DNA of 64,000 nt from Phoronis australis (taxonomy: Eukaryota; Animalia; Phoronida): NCBI GenBank assembly GCA_002633005.1, contig NMRA01000262.1, positions 6,902-70,901 of the forward strand, in the 5' to 3' direction. Of the stretch, positions 13,641 to 26,794 are shown one piece after another; within the stretch, counting starts at the first letter, position 1, and each line of letters begins with the position of its first letter. The notes beneath the pieces are model-generated. The model was not told where the DNA came from, made no database searches, and saw nothing but the letters and a program-made list of their open reading frames with translations. A program made the translations under genes and the position numbers.

Positions 13641-14831
13641 ACTTGGCGAAATAAATTTCGCCAAATGGCGAAATAAATTTTTTTTTGTTCACTCTCTACA
13701 GGTTGCAATTTTCGTCCGATTTTCACGAAATTTGCACACAACGTGTACTGGAACGCTATTGTTTTTGGTCATGATCGGATACTAAATGGCAGACGTGGCG
13801 GCCATTTTGTATCCAATTTCACAGTCAAATGCTCGTAGAGGCCTCATTTTTTCGACATAGAGGGCTGAAACGTGGTACGATTATTATAAAACACATGTGC
13901 TACAACTGTGCCGAAAATCGTTGACTTCCCGTCAAAGATGGCGGAAATATTGGAAGTGGCGCATGCGCACCCCGATATCTGGCTAAAAACATTTTCTCCT
14001 TTAGAGGCGTATTTGCGAACCAATCAGTTTCAAACTGGTCACGTGTTTGTTGCTATTAACAAGCTTTTATAAAATTTTGTTTAACCGGAAGTCACTGTCA
14101 AGATGGCGGCTGTGGCGCATGTTCACACGTTTTCAATCGTTCTGCGGTCACGTTTTTAACGGGAAAAGCAAATGCCGTCAATTTGTGCATGTGGATAAAC
14201 GGCAAAATTTCAATTTTTTCCAAAAAGTTATGGAATGCTGCCAAACGTTCAAGTAAGATAGAGTTGTGAATGGGCTTTCAGAAGATATTTTCCATTTTTC
14301 GCTACGACGTCTACTTTTTGAATTATTCGAGATTCTCTGTTCGTTCGGTCTCTGTTGCACTGCCAATGCAAGCACACGCAGCTGGCCGGCTCTCTTTTGT
14401 TTTGGTTATGCCTGTACAAGTTGACCCCGAATGACCCAGCTAGCATCGTCCAACTGTAGACTTGGTTTGTTGACCCCAACTGACCCAGCTAGCATCGTCC
14501 AACTGTAGACTTGGTTTGTTGACCCCAAATGACCCACTTAGCATTGCTTCGTGGATCGTTCTTGCTGCTCTGATGTAGGTTTAGCTTTGTTGAGCTGTGT
14601 CCATTATGTTGCGCCATCTATTGTTCTTTTATTTTGATTAAATGCTCTCTTTTCTTGTCATGTATATTAACCGATCAGAAATCTGTACAGTGCGATAGAG
14701 TTTTAAATGGGCTTTCATAAGATGTTTTTCATTTCTCGCTAGTCGTCATGATCGTCGTCGTCGTCCTTCCCATCGTCCTGTTTTCGCGTAATTTCGCCAA
14801 GTGTCGCTCCTCCGAGCGCTCTCGATTGTTT
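13641..14831. mobile_element. Helentron/HINE(DINE-1)-like non-autonomous element
   Basis: 5' ACTTGGCGAAAT followed by an internal inverted copy (ATTTCGCCAA). 3' subterminal ATTTCGCCAAGT plus hairpin CGCTC-CTCC-GAGCG. T-rich flanks and internal ~44-bp repeats at 14415-14545. Confidence 0.55.
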
Positions 14832-14898
14832 TGTTTGCAGTGTTGTCATTGGCGAGATGTGTCAACTGTATAAAGCCTTACCACTTGATATTACACTA

Positions 14899-15069
14899 GA
14901 GTCATGAGTGACATAGTCATGAGTGACATAGTCATGAGTGACATAGCCATGAGTGACATAGTCATGAGTGACATAGTCATGAGTGACATAGTCATGAGTG
15001 ACATAGTCATGAGTGACATAGTCATGAGTGACATAGTCATGAGTGACATAGTCATGAGTGACATAGTCA
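14899..15069. repeat. 15-bp minisatellite, ~11 copies
   Basis: Unit AGTCATGAGTGACAT. Explains the three spurious repetitive ORFs here. Confidence 0.95.
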
Positions 15070-16011
15070 ACTGTGGATATGGTACTAAATGGGCAGATAG
15101 TCTTGTAATATGAACAGCTGTCACTATAGCAACATGACTTCATTTTGTTATCTTGTTTCATGTTGGAAGGTCCTGGAGAGAAATCTCCCTTGGCCTCATT
15201 TTAAAAATGATCTATGGTGTCAGAAAATATAGGTCTATGGATACTAATAGTTAAGCTCATCCAATGTTCTGCCCTCAGAGTTGCAGCCAACAACATAGCA
15301 GTAAAACTTGGCTGGCACTGGAAGGTCGAATATAGTTAATTTAAAAAAGTTAGGCCCAACAAATAACATGAAAACGAAGCTTGAGATGTTCTTGATGGGT
15401 GTTGCAGCATGGTAGTTAAATATTGTGAGATCCAAGTGTGGCTGTATAATCCTGGACAGTCCTAGTTCTGAAGGAAAAAACCTCGTGAGAGCCGTAAAAC
15501 AAACATGCCGGGACCGTTCTTTCATCCTTTTTGGTCCCCTTCCTCTTAAATTCATCTGTGAACTTACGTATGGTTAAGTGACAGAGGTCTCACATTTAGA
15601 CCCTATTTTGTCCACTGAATAAAGGGCATCTAACTGGTTCTCATGAGTGATAATCCAAGACCCGGTAACTATTGCCGTTGTATCATTACGAACCAGGCAG
15701 TAAACCTAACGGTAACTATTGCCGTTGTATCATTACAAACCAGGCAGTAAACATAACTTTCTGCAGTTTATGTGTCACTGTACATGTTTTGCATTTCTTA
15801 GAAAATACTGTGTACGTTCACTTCAGCAGAATTTTTATGAAAAGATTAGACTGTTGTAAGTATCCTGTGTGCTGTGACCTTCAACAACTGGTGTTTTTAG
15901 CTAAGAAGTTTTAAGGTCAGCCTGAGTTTAACCTAAACAGATATTCAATTAGTTTGAATATTTTATGAGTTGTAACCCAAGCTGCTCTGTGGGGGTATCT
16001 GAATGTTGAGC

Positions 16012-16385
16012 GCTGAACCGCTGACCAGATGAAGGATAAACATGGTGTTTTTGGGACTGCATATACTGAACCGCTGACCAGATGAAGGATAAACATGGTG
16101 TTTTTGGGACTGCATATACTGAAGCGCTGACCAGATCAAGGATAAACATGGTGTTTTTGTGACTGCATATACTGAACCGCTGACCAGATGAAGGATAAAC
16201 ATGGTGGTTTTGTGACTGCATATACTGAACCGCTGACCAGATGAAGGATAAACATGGTGTTTTTGTGACTGCATATACTGAACCGCTGACCAGATCAAGG
16301 ATAAACATGGTGTTTTTGTGACTGCATATACTGAACCGCTGACCAGATGAAGGATAAACATGGTGTTTTTGTGACTACATATACT
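16012..16385. repeat. 53-bp minisatellite, ~7 copies
   Basis: Unit CTGAACCGCTGACCAGATGAAGGATAAACATGGTGTTTTTG(G/T)GACTGCATATA. Confidence 0.95.
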
Positions 16386-17121
16386 TTCAGTATTCTAGTA
16401 TTTATTGGGAGTATTCTAGGCGTTGTAGTAGTACTGGTCTCTGTTATCATTTCCATTAAACTTATCACAGTCAAGAAGTTATCCACTGATCTTTGTGAAA
16501 GTTGGCCTCATTTCCTTGTTTGGTTACTGTTGAAGTGATGCTTTCAGTCTCTCAAGACTCCGCTCTATATCCTGGGGGTACTCCCTTAGCATAGGTACAC
16601 ACCTGACGTTCCGCTCAAAAGGGAGACTTTCATGGCAGTTTCCCTATGTATGGCTTATGAAATGGTGATTTTGTGTGGAAGCTCCATGCAAATGGGTTCT
16701 TTTTTGAGTCCACTCTTTAAATGGGTGTGTATCCTAATTACATAGCTGCCCCCTGTCAAGCTGTACTTCTGTATTATCTCCCCAAGGTTTTGTGTGCAAT
16801 CATACTCTATTGGTTCCCTATGCAGGGTTCTCACTCTGCATGGGTTCTAAACACTGGTCTTCCTATGTAAGACTGTCACACTGCATGGGTTCCAAACACT
16901 GGTCTCCCTTTCTGACAATTCACTGAATTACTCATAGTTATACAATCATTTCCACTTGTTGAACTCGTCACTAACTATTTTTACATCTTGTATGAGTGCA
17001 CAACTCTAAGCTCTTGCTTTTCAAACATTGAAGATTTCCAAACATGGCTCAAATCTTTTCAGAGCTGCATAAATACTGTTATGTGGGAATGTTAAGCTAG
17101 AATGAGCTGAACAAAGCTATA

Positions 17122-17290
17122 CCTAGCTTTGCCTTAGGTCTAGAAATAGTTGTTATCATGACTCCTAGCTTTGCCTTAGGTCTAGAAATAGTTGTTATCA
17201 TGACTCCTAGCTTTGCCTTAGGTCTAGAAATAGTTGTCATCAGCACTCCTAGCTTTGCCTTAGGTCTAGAAATAGTTGTGATCAGCAGTC
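17122..17290. repeat. 42-bp minisatellite, 4 copies
   Basis: Unit CCTAGCTTTGCCTTAGGTCTAGAAATAGTTGTTATCATGACT. Confidence 0.9.
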
Positions 17291-19940
17291 CTTGCAATTG
17301 TCAAAGTTTTGGTGACTCGTCACTTTCTTGTTCTCTTTTTTCCAGGGTGTCATGATTTATCGATACGATGACAAGGTTTGCAGCATGTGCACTGCTCAAT
17401 GCTGATTGGCCAGTCTCAATAGTTTCATTCCTTATTCCTCACCTCCACCTTTCTTTATAACATTAAAACACATAGAAATATTCCATCCTTACTATTTGCC
17501 TTGTGATTTTGAAGTGCCTACAAGTTATGCTGTAATTGTGTTGGGCTTAACAATGAGAATCATGTATAGGCAATCAGGCTTATGTAGCCTGTGTGTATTG
17601 TATTTGGACTGTAGAATAGTGGAGTGCTTTTTAGTCTGGTGACCAGAGAGTGTAACCTGGGGATGCTGGGCGTGTGATTGGAGCTTGCCTCTCAGATTTC
17701 ATTCAGCGCAATTCTCCTGACTGATTTCTCTCAACCTGGAGTCTGTTTTGTGAATGTGACGACAGAAATTTAGTGTTATGCCCCCCACTTCACAATTGCA
17801 TATAGCAATTTGGAGATAATTTATTGAAATTATCTTAGTACCTAGTACTTATGCATGCATATTCTCAGAGGCTGCACTTCGATCAAGTGAGATTTAATTG
17901 TTTTGTTTTTGGAGATATAGCATGCCTGTATCCTGTTGATGAATGCTGGTCCTCACATTTTACTGTAAGGTCACATAGTTTCCAGTCGGGTTGCTCCTAT
18001 AGCTACTACTAAGCCTATGTGTGTCCTTATTTTCAAGTTTGTGCATTCAGCCTAATATTTGCAGACCTACATTCATTTAATTAATAAGTACTGTACCTGT
18101 ATATATTGTCTGAATATAGACTGAAACCCTTTGTTCTAGATTATTGTTTTGCTTTTGTTTCTTACACCTTATGCAGTTTTTTATGAAAATCCTTCAATTT
18201 CTGGTTTTGATTTGCCGACATGCAAAGCTGGGACATTTTAAAAATGAGCTTTTTGGAGAACAGTTGGTGTATAAAGCATATAGTTTGAGATTTCATTTGA
18301 ATATGGTCAGTTTAAATCTCTGTCTCTCTGCCCTGCTTCCTGATATATTTTGAATGTGTTCCAAAGTTTGCCAAATTTGTACAATTCCCTAGGGTTTTAT
18401 ATAACCTTAAGCAGACATTTACAACTGTGTGCACTGTAACTGTTCCCATGTAGCCACAGAAACATGTAGTAGTCGCAAAAACAACAAGGAAATGTTGCAG
18501 TTCTTTGAGCAAGCATCTGTTTCACTGAAGGACAAAAAAATGTTTGAAGTGCTCGATGATCGTATACAGGAGGTTACAAGCATCAATATGATCCTATGCA
18601 GGACAGTACCAACATGAATATGATCCTGTGCAGGACAGTACCAACATGAATAATCAAATGATGTTATTTCCTTTTCGGTCTTTAGACGCTGTTGAGAGTG
18701 ATCAAAATATGCCGTTTTGGATATTTCACAATTTCTCATCAGTGCTTAAAGCAAATCAAGATGTTGAAAGATTTCTATGCGGTTAGAACAACCTCATGGT
18801 TTTTTAGCATTTTTTTGTTTCAAAACCTTGTAGCAAAATTGGTACTAACTCTCACCAATAGTAGGCAATACAGACAACATGTGAGATTTTGTTTCATTAT
18901 TTCTCCATGACACACATGTCACATCAGCAAACATTTTAGAAGCAGTTGAACAATCAAAAAAGGCAGACTTTGCAATTTTTTTTCTGAGATTAGCGAGATT
19001 TTACTGTAAACTAAGTACATTGTGCCGCTCAACCCTTTACTAGGTTCGTGTAGTTTTTGTTACAAACTCTTGCTATCCAATTCATGCCATGTTGTCAGTG
19101 AACCAGATTATTTGACTGTTTTCCTTGTGTTTGTTTTTTGTTTTGGTAATGAGATGCACCATACATGTTGACCGGGTCAACAACCTTTCTGGTGGGGGTG
19201 GACTGCATCTTGTTTATTGTGCCTGGTTCTTTAGCTAGCAATACTTACAGCCTGAGAGTGATTGTAGATTATTTGCCTTATTTGTCTGTCTGTTCAGCAC
19301 TGCATCATGCTGGACCATTGGAATTTAATTGTTTCAAATTTCTCAGCAAAAATATATTTACTGGGATATCAAGGAAATATTTCTCTGTTTATTAGCACTC
19401 TTTGTCTAGATGCACCAACTAGTCTAGTGTCACCATCCTGTGCCAAGGCATATTTCCTTTGTTGTAGCGATCAGAAAATGGCTGTTGTAGATATTTTAGT
19501 GATGGTGAGTGGGTGCTATGGAGATTGTGAGGTAGTTATCATGTTGATCTGCGTCAATGTGTTGAACACAGTGTTACGTGCTGTTGTGACCAGGAGTGTT
19601 ACTATCCAGGATTTTTCTGCGGCTTATAGTACATATGCACAATTGATTACTGCAGAGGTCTCCAATGATCTGATCAGTACGTCCTTTTCTCTTGGTACTA
19701 GTATGTAACTTACGGAGCATGGCATTCAGATACTGTGGTTGGCTATCCCAAGATGCTCTATTCAATATCCTGGGGTCTTATTAACTTCTTATTATAACAC
19801 TGATAATGTGTGTGGAGAGCTGTTTGGAGCTGGTTGTGTGCAGAGATATTATAGATTGTTGTTTTTGTGCCCAAGTTAGGTTGGTCAAGATCCTGTGTTT
19901 TGTGGTAGTAGGCCATCATGTATTGACAGCAGTTGACCTA

Positions 19941-20195
19941 CCGTATTCGCCGTAATAACTGCCCAGGGCTCTTAGAAAAGTTCGTTTCAGGGCACTTATT
20001 ATAACCCAAGGCCGTTGAAACCCGGTCACCGAAACGGGTGAAATCGGAAGCTAAGATTCATCATATTTACGCTCTGTAGCATATTGGTAATCTATGAAAA
20101 GACTTTCTTCAAAACTGTGGTGCATTGCCATCAAACTTTGATGCTAAATTACGATCATTTTACGGGAAATTGTGCTGAAATCCCAGGGCGAAAAT
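19941..20195 (-). mobile_element. Tc2/pogo-like element end (inverted partial copy of the 33753-35250 family)
   Basis: TA|CCGTATTCGCCGTAATAA... is the reverse complement of ~35015-35250. The other end was not located. Confidence 0.75.
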
Positions 20196-21164
20196 TCTGT
20201 GCCATCTATTGGCCATTTTTTATGCTAGAAATAAACACTCCTAGAAGCACACCGTTTGTGGTGCACTCGTTGCTCTTGTTCACAATGCAAAACTTTATTT
20301 CAAACAAAGTAATGGAGAAGTTGTATTGTGAACATATCTCTGTATTCCTTAACATTAAAGTCGCATCCAGTATTTGGTTTTGGACGCCATCTTTTACTTT
20401 GATTATTTGGTTCAACATAGTTAGCACTCTTCATTACTGTTAACAACACCATGGACTGAATAATGTTGTTTTAACGCAACATCTTTATCGCTACAATAGT
20501 TCTTCACTTATTTTGAACAAATTGCCAAAATTGTCGCCATTCTATTGGGCTGCTTTCGCATTGGAGTTAGTTCGAACTAGTTTGCAGTTGGAACATATTT
20601 AAGATTAGAGTGATATCTGCCATGCCAAACTGTCCTCTTTCTTACCAGACCAGACTAACATTCTACCGTCCTAACTTGAAAGCTTCATTGTACTAAACAT
20701 AAGATGTTGCTACGCTGTACCCCAATAGGGATTTGACTACCAATTTCAACAGTATGTGGACTTAAATGGCAACAACGTCGAGAGTGTACGAAATGGCGGG
20801 ACGCAAAGTATTAGCCATCGTCCGCGTGCCCGCCAAGTGGGCGGGCAGATGTTAAATCTGGCGGGCAAAATTTGCAACTGCGGGGGTGACGGCGGGCTAT
20901 TTACATGCCAACATTTACGCGTTTTCTTCTGGAGAGTATACGCTTTCGATACTTAAACACAACACTACAGTCACGAAAAGTAGTCTGCACCAAACCTTTC
21001 ACATTGCGCTCTGACCAACTTTGGTACGCTCTTCAGTTCGATCTTTTCTAGAGTACTAACTTGAGTACCATACCAAATTTAGACTGTTTTAAATCACCTT
21101 CCACATTTTGACTAAAATGTTGTGGTCTAGAAAAAATGTAAGTCCACCATAATGCTACTTTCGG

Positions 21165-21520
21165 AAAATAATGCATATACCGTTACGAAGTTAAAATAAT
21201 GCGTATACCGTTATGAAGTTAAAATAATGCATATACCGTTACGAAGTTAAAATAATGCGTATACCGTTACGAAGTTAAAATAATGCGTATGCCGTTACGA
21301 AGTTAAAATAATGCGTATACCGTTACGTAAGGACCAGAGAAGTCCTTTATGTTTGTGCTGTCACCAGCTATTACTGAACTGATGATCCCTTACATGAGTT
21401 AGGACCAGAGAAGTCCTTTATGTTTGTGACTGTCACCAGCTATTACTGAACTGATGATCCCTTACATGAGCTAGGACCAGAGAAGTCCTTTATGTTTGTG
21501 ACTCACCAGCTATTACTGAA
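21165..21520. repeat. Abutting 28-bp (x~6) and ~71-bp (x~2.7) tandem repeats
   Basis: AAAATAATGCGTATACCGTTACGAAGTT repeats to ~21327, then AGGACCAGAGAAGTCCTTTATG... repeats. Confidence 0.9.
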
Positions 21521-22405
21521 ATAATAGGTTCTGTCAGGTTATCATAGTTGACCTACTTATATTGTTTACATCAAATGCAATGTCTGTTAATCTCCTGTGT
21601 TGCAGGGGTAGAGTGTTTAAACCTTTATGTTTATTTCTATTCTATTTACCAAACATGTCAACCAGTGCGATTTCTATCTTCCGCACTTTTTGCCAATTTG
21701 AAATAACTCCAATCGTCAGTTTTCCCGAAGTACTGCTGTTTTTTAAAGCGCCTGATTCTCCATTTAATTCTCCCATATCGCCAAAACTTGTCATTTTTTA
21801 TTGTTCACTGTCTGATAAGTTTGCTACAGATAGTGGACACTTTACCAAATGTTGTTTTATGCCAGTACAAACTGTGCTAGTAGTATAGGCTAGTAGTAAG
21901 CTAAAGTTATCTTAATCTTCATTTTGTGAAGAAATTTGACAAAATGGATTTCACATGGCGGTCATATTGTACACTATAAATGAAGAATTACCATATAGCT
22001 GATTCAGACTGGGACATTATGTCATCACTCAGGACTGGTGTGCCACTGTATTCAGCCGGCGATACAGAACTGCAATTTTGATATTTTTTTACAAAATTAG
22101 TAGCTTAGTTACTTTGTCTTGTTGCTAAGGTCACTAGAATGTTGCCAAATCAAACACTGGAAATTTCTGTTATTTCATGATGCTGTTGACCTTTGTTTTA
22201 ATGGTCTAAAGCTACCTTTCTTCATGCTTTGTGGTTTTAATAAAATAAAAATCCACTTTTATGCGTTATTATTTTGGGTAGAACAATTGTTTTCAGCTTT
22301 AATTTGTGTTGAAGCAGTCACATTTTCCGTATGTTTTCTTTGTAACCACAGCGCATCACCAAAGTTCTTCCGCACACACCTCAATTGTCATGTTTCGCTT
22401 TTCAG

Positions 22406-22498
22406 TCTTTCTCATTGGCCAAGAAGCGAATAGTCCATTACACCAGTTTTGACGCAAGGAAACGAGCAAACGCCGCTTTTCTAATAGGATGTTACGCT
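22406..22498 (+). CDS. CDC14: CDC14 exon 4 ([31 protein letters not shown])
   Basis: tttcag|...GCT|gtaagt, 93 nt. Contains the KRANAA motif. Confidence 0.97.
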
Positions 22499-23334
22499 GT
22501 AAGTACATAGATGTTTAGTGATTATGTATTTGCCTACTATTATGACCTGATTTGTACATTCACGTCACATCATTTAAAAAAAGTTGTAGGTCTTTGGGTT
22601 TTTTCCGATTCAGGTAACCATGGTCGCAGTGTAGTACTTTTTTACAAAATTATGTGTTTGGGTCAATGGGTGTGCTCTGACAACTGGTACACCCTTTGTA
22701 TGCTCCCGTGGAGTTGAGGATTACGATTGACCAATTAAGTCCACAGCCCGGTAATAATTTTCAAAGTTTTTAGAAATTTACCTTGCAGAACTGTTTATCA
22801 AACCTCACTTGACATCATAATGACAACTGGCAAACTAATCTCAATTCAAAATAGTGATGCGCTCAGCAGCAATGTACAACTACATGGGAAGTGCCCTACA
22901 AATGCACAGGGTTGTGGGTATTATTGTCTTAGTGGTTGAACAGGCTTGATGTACGCCAAAGAGATGCACCTGCAAAACAGCAACCTCACACCTTGTGCGG
23001 AAATTTGAGCTTGCAAGCACTAACTCCATACCAAGAAATAAACTATTGCAACTAAACTCAAGTCATGGGGTTGTGATGCCAACACGGTGTGCTTGGGTGA
23101 CGGGAATTGAGGGTCTGGGCCATTTTTGTTACTTTGCAACACATTCACATCCTTTTTGGGCCTATTTCGTTAAAGAGACCAATCAAAGGAAAAGTGCAGA
23201 GAAGAAAATAAGATGAAAGAATTTTTAGTTAAGAAGTTTGTTTGAGTTTTCAAGGAGAAGATGTGCATCGGATTTCTTTGAAAACTGCTTCATCTAATAT
23301 CTTGTAGGAATTAAGTAAAGTTTTTCTTTGCCAG

Positions 23335-23414
23335 ATTATGTATTTAAAGAAGACGCCAGAAGAGGCGTACAGACCATTAGTAGCAGGAAATAACCCTCCA
23401 TTCTTTCCCTTCAG
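23335..23414 (+). CDS. CDC14: CDC14 exon 5 ([27 protein letters not shown])
   Basis: gccag|...AG|gtaagt, 80 nt. Confidence 0.96.
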
Positions 23415-24629
23415 GTAAGTTGAGTTATTTGTGAACTCTGTGGTGTATTATTTCACCATCCTATGCGTTTCGCCATCATACTACTTCTACAGTTTTTGAC
23501 CATTTTGACACACAGGAGGCTTAACTGGGGAAACTGAAAACTCTGGACGTAGACATTTAAATGCGAAAATTTAAAGATTCTTTGGTGTAAGGTTGTGAAG
23601 AATCTTAGAAAAATGTCCAAATTTGGCTAACTTCAGAACATCATATCTCAGAAATGAAACTTTCAGGCACTATGCTTTTTTGCACTGTTCTCCAGACGAT
23701 TTTATGAATGTTTTTTTAAAATGTTCCATGAAGTACGAACAAAAATGGAACAAGTCTTAAGTCACTTTTCAGAAAACAGACATTAGGGCACTTTGTACTT
23801 TCTATTCAAGGTGTGTTTCAACTAGTCTTTTACTGTTATTGTTGTGGGTTAGCATAAACTGAGGGAAGTTATCTGCAAAATATGCCAACTGGGCTAGTTC
23901 TTTCAGTTGTTCTCTTACTTTCACACATTAGCTTGTCTATGTGCTTTGCTTACCGGGATGTGGGGCTGTTAGTTTAGCATATAGCCATTTGTCTACACTA
24001 GGCATTATTAATGTAAGTTAATGATTGTTGGATACTGACGTAGAGTAAGTGGGTGTTACCTGTCAACAGGCAAACATGAAAATTATGACTCAGTCATCAA
24101 TATCCTTTGAGCAGAAAACTGGACACAAGCTTTGTTCAGTCTATTCAGGATTTAATCCATTATGTATTTTGAGCCTGACCCACTAAGATTGGCCCTTGCT
24201 TTCACACTTGGTCCTAATCAATAGTTGGTCAACTGTTATTATTGACCAATTACCTAAGGTGAGCTTGTTTCCATTCATTATTTGTAATATGCCTCTAGAG
24301 GGAGCTGCTGATAGGTAATACTTTCCAACTACAGACCAAAGGATTACTTACAACCAGCAATATACATATATTGAGAGAGGAGAGCTTGATTGCTTTAGAT
24401 TCCTAGCTGTCAGTGATAGTGTCCCAGTGACCTGTTCTGTTCTAGCCTCATCTCCATTGTTGGGTTCTGTTTGTTACGTTCAAAATAGGGAAATTAGGGC
24501 TCTTTAGGATATTCTGTCACCGTGGATCAAACTCTTACTGCTATTATATTGGAAAATAGGGATCACAAGTTATGAGCAGAAAATGTCTTTTTTAAACTAT
24601 TTTAATGTATACATGAGTTATTTGCTTGT

Positions 24630-24648
24630 GTACACACACGCACGCACG

Positions 24649-24683
<35 letters not shown>
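24630..24683. repeat. (CA)n/(CACG)n microsatellite
   Basis: Directly visible. Confidence 0.95.
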
Positions 24684-24685
<2 letters not shown>

Positions 24686-25411
24686 TATGGCATGAGGTTT
24701 AGATTTTAAAAAGTTAGTTTTGTTGAATTTTGTCAGTCTGAATGTATGTAAGCCAACTGCCATCTTGGTGATCTTGTTTATCTCCAATTTGGATTTGTTA
24801 CTTGGAGTATGATGTAATTACTTTCTGTCCCTGTGTACAGTGTATTGAAATAGACCCGTCCTGAAATAGTACAGCATCACTCTCATTCTAAGATATTTAC
24901 CCACAATGAAACACTGTACAGTGTATTGAAATAGACACGCCCTGAAATAGTACAGCATCACTCTCATTCTAAGATATTTACCCACAATGCAGCACATGTG
25001 TCAAGACATTGTCTTGCTTCTACACATAAATGTCTAGTTACTATCTCATGTCTAATCGTTACGTGTTGCCAAAATTCGCCCTTTTCACTTTGCAAAAGGT
25101 TCTAACATCGTTACGAATGACCAAACTTTTTCAGAATCTTGGTGTGATGGTAACATTTATTTGGAGCTACTTATATGAAAAAGATGAAATTTCACTTATT
25201 GGTCATATTTATGTCCTGAATTGGTGACACTTGATGGTATTGCATTTAGAGTTGGAATTGTGACATTGGCAAATATCAGTAATGGATACACAGTGTATTA
25301 TTAATCAACTCATTAGTGGAGGACATTTTGAAAAGTAGGTCAGTCATGCAAAAGTAGGTCAGTCATGCTAGATACTTTGCTATCAAGAAAGAGAAAGTTT
25401 CAATTCATGTT

Positions 25412-25766
25412 CAAGGTACCTAAACTACACGGTTAACGGACTCATAAACACGGTCATGGATGCTTGAACACGACTCACGTACCTGCAAACACCATTCACT
25501 GACTCACAAACACGGGAACGGACTCACAAAACACGATCCATTCATCCAAATACATGGGACACGGACTCACATTCACGAAGAAACACGGTTAACGGACCGC
25601 CAAACACGGTTAACTTCGATAAAGCATGCACGGGTCATGGACTCATCGGCTTCCTGAGACAGCTGACATCTACGTTTTCTATGTAAACTGTGTTTGAGAG
25701 TCCGTGGTGTTCATGCGTCCGTGACCATGTTTATGAGTCCGTTAACCATGTAGTTTAGATACCTTG
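25412..25766. mobile_element. MITE with long (~55 bp) terminal inverted repeats
   Basis: CAAGGTACCTAAACTACACGGTTAACGGACTCATAAACACGGTCA... pairs with ...TGACCATGTTTATGAGTCCGTTAACCATGTAGTTTAGATACCTTG. Internal GGACTCA/ACACGG subrepeats. TSD ambiguous. Confidence 0.8.
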
Positions 25767-25837
25767 GTGTTAGGCATATTGTGTTCACTGTAAGTAGTGC
25801 AAGAATGTTGTGATTTTAATCTTTCTGTTTGTAATAG

Positions 25838-25904
25838 GGATGCCTCCTTTGGAGCCTGTACATACAACCTGACACTGTTGGACTGTTTACATGGTCTGAA
25901 CAAG
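25838..25904 (+). CDS. CDC14: CDC14 exon 6 (DASFGACTYNLTLLDCLHGLNK)
   Basis: aatag|G GAT GCC...AAG|gtaaga, completing the PFRDAS motif. Confidence 0.97.
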
Positions 25905-25928
25905 GTAAGATGGACATTCCGTATTTGG

Positions 25929-26229
25929 CATCTCTCTAAGACTCACATCTCTCTAAGACACATCTCTCTAAGACTCACGTCTCTCTAAGACACATCTCTC
26001 TAAGACTCTCATCTCTCTAAGACTCACTCGCATCTCTCTAAGACTCACTCACATCTCTCTAAGACTCACATCTCTCTAAGACTCACATCTCTCTAAGACT
26101 CGCATCTCTCTAAGACTCGCATCTCTCTAAGACTCGCATCTCTCTAAGACTCGCATCTCTCTAAGACTCGCATCTCTCTAAGACTCGCATCTCTCTAAGA
26201 CTCGCATCTCTCTAAGACTCACATCTCTC
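25929..26229. repeat. ~17-bp minisatellite, ~17 copies, just downstream of the exon 6 donor
   Basis: Unit CATCTCTCTAAGACTC(A/G). Confidence 0.95.
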
Positions 26230-26731
26230 CACAAACTTGCAAGATTCTACATTGAACTTTATCAGGTGTCCACGTTCAAATTCTTCAGCTAATCCGTGGG
26301 GATTCATAGTGAGCCCAGAATGGTAACTGGTTTGTTGTAGCGATTACAAAAGCCAGACATTGGTCTTAGTGAGCCATATAACGGATTGTATTTAATATCC
26401 TGCTACTGTCCCTTCCAGAAATCTGTCCATTGCTCAAAATTGTCCAAGGTTATACAAAAATTAATGTTGAAATTTTGGTTAGGTGTTTTAAGTTGTTCAG
26501 CATACGTTTTGCTTCATCTTTAGCTGTACGACATTTTTAACTCAGGAAGTTAGAACTTAAATTTTTTCAAGATATCCTCACTGTTAAGATTTGCCAATAT
26601 TTGTCTTTTTGTACCATGTTCTGTGCCTTTTCGTATTTAGTCTTATTCACAATGGCTGACTCAATATCAACTAGCTTTTGCAGATTATGGCAACTGTCAA
26701 CTTTTCATCTCATTTCCATGTTGTCTTGCAG

Positions 26732-26794
26732 GCCTTGTCCAATGGCTTTTTCAACTTTGAAACATTTGATGTTGATGAGTACGAACATTATGAG
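26732..26794 (+). CDS. CDC14: CDC14 exon 7 (ALSNGFFNFETFDVDEYEHYE)
   Basis: ttgcag|...GAG|gtgagc. Acidic inter-domain linker helix. Confidence 0.97.
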
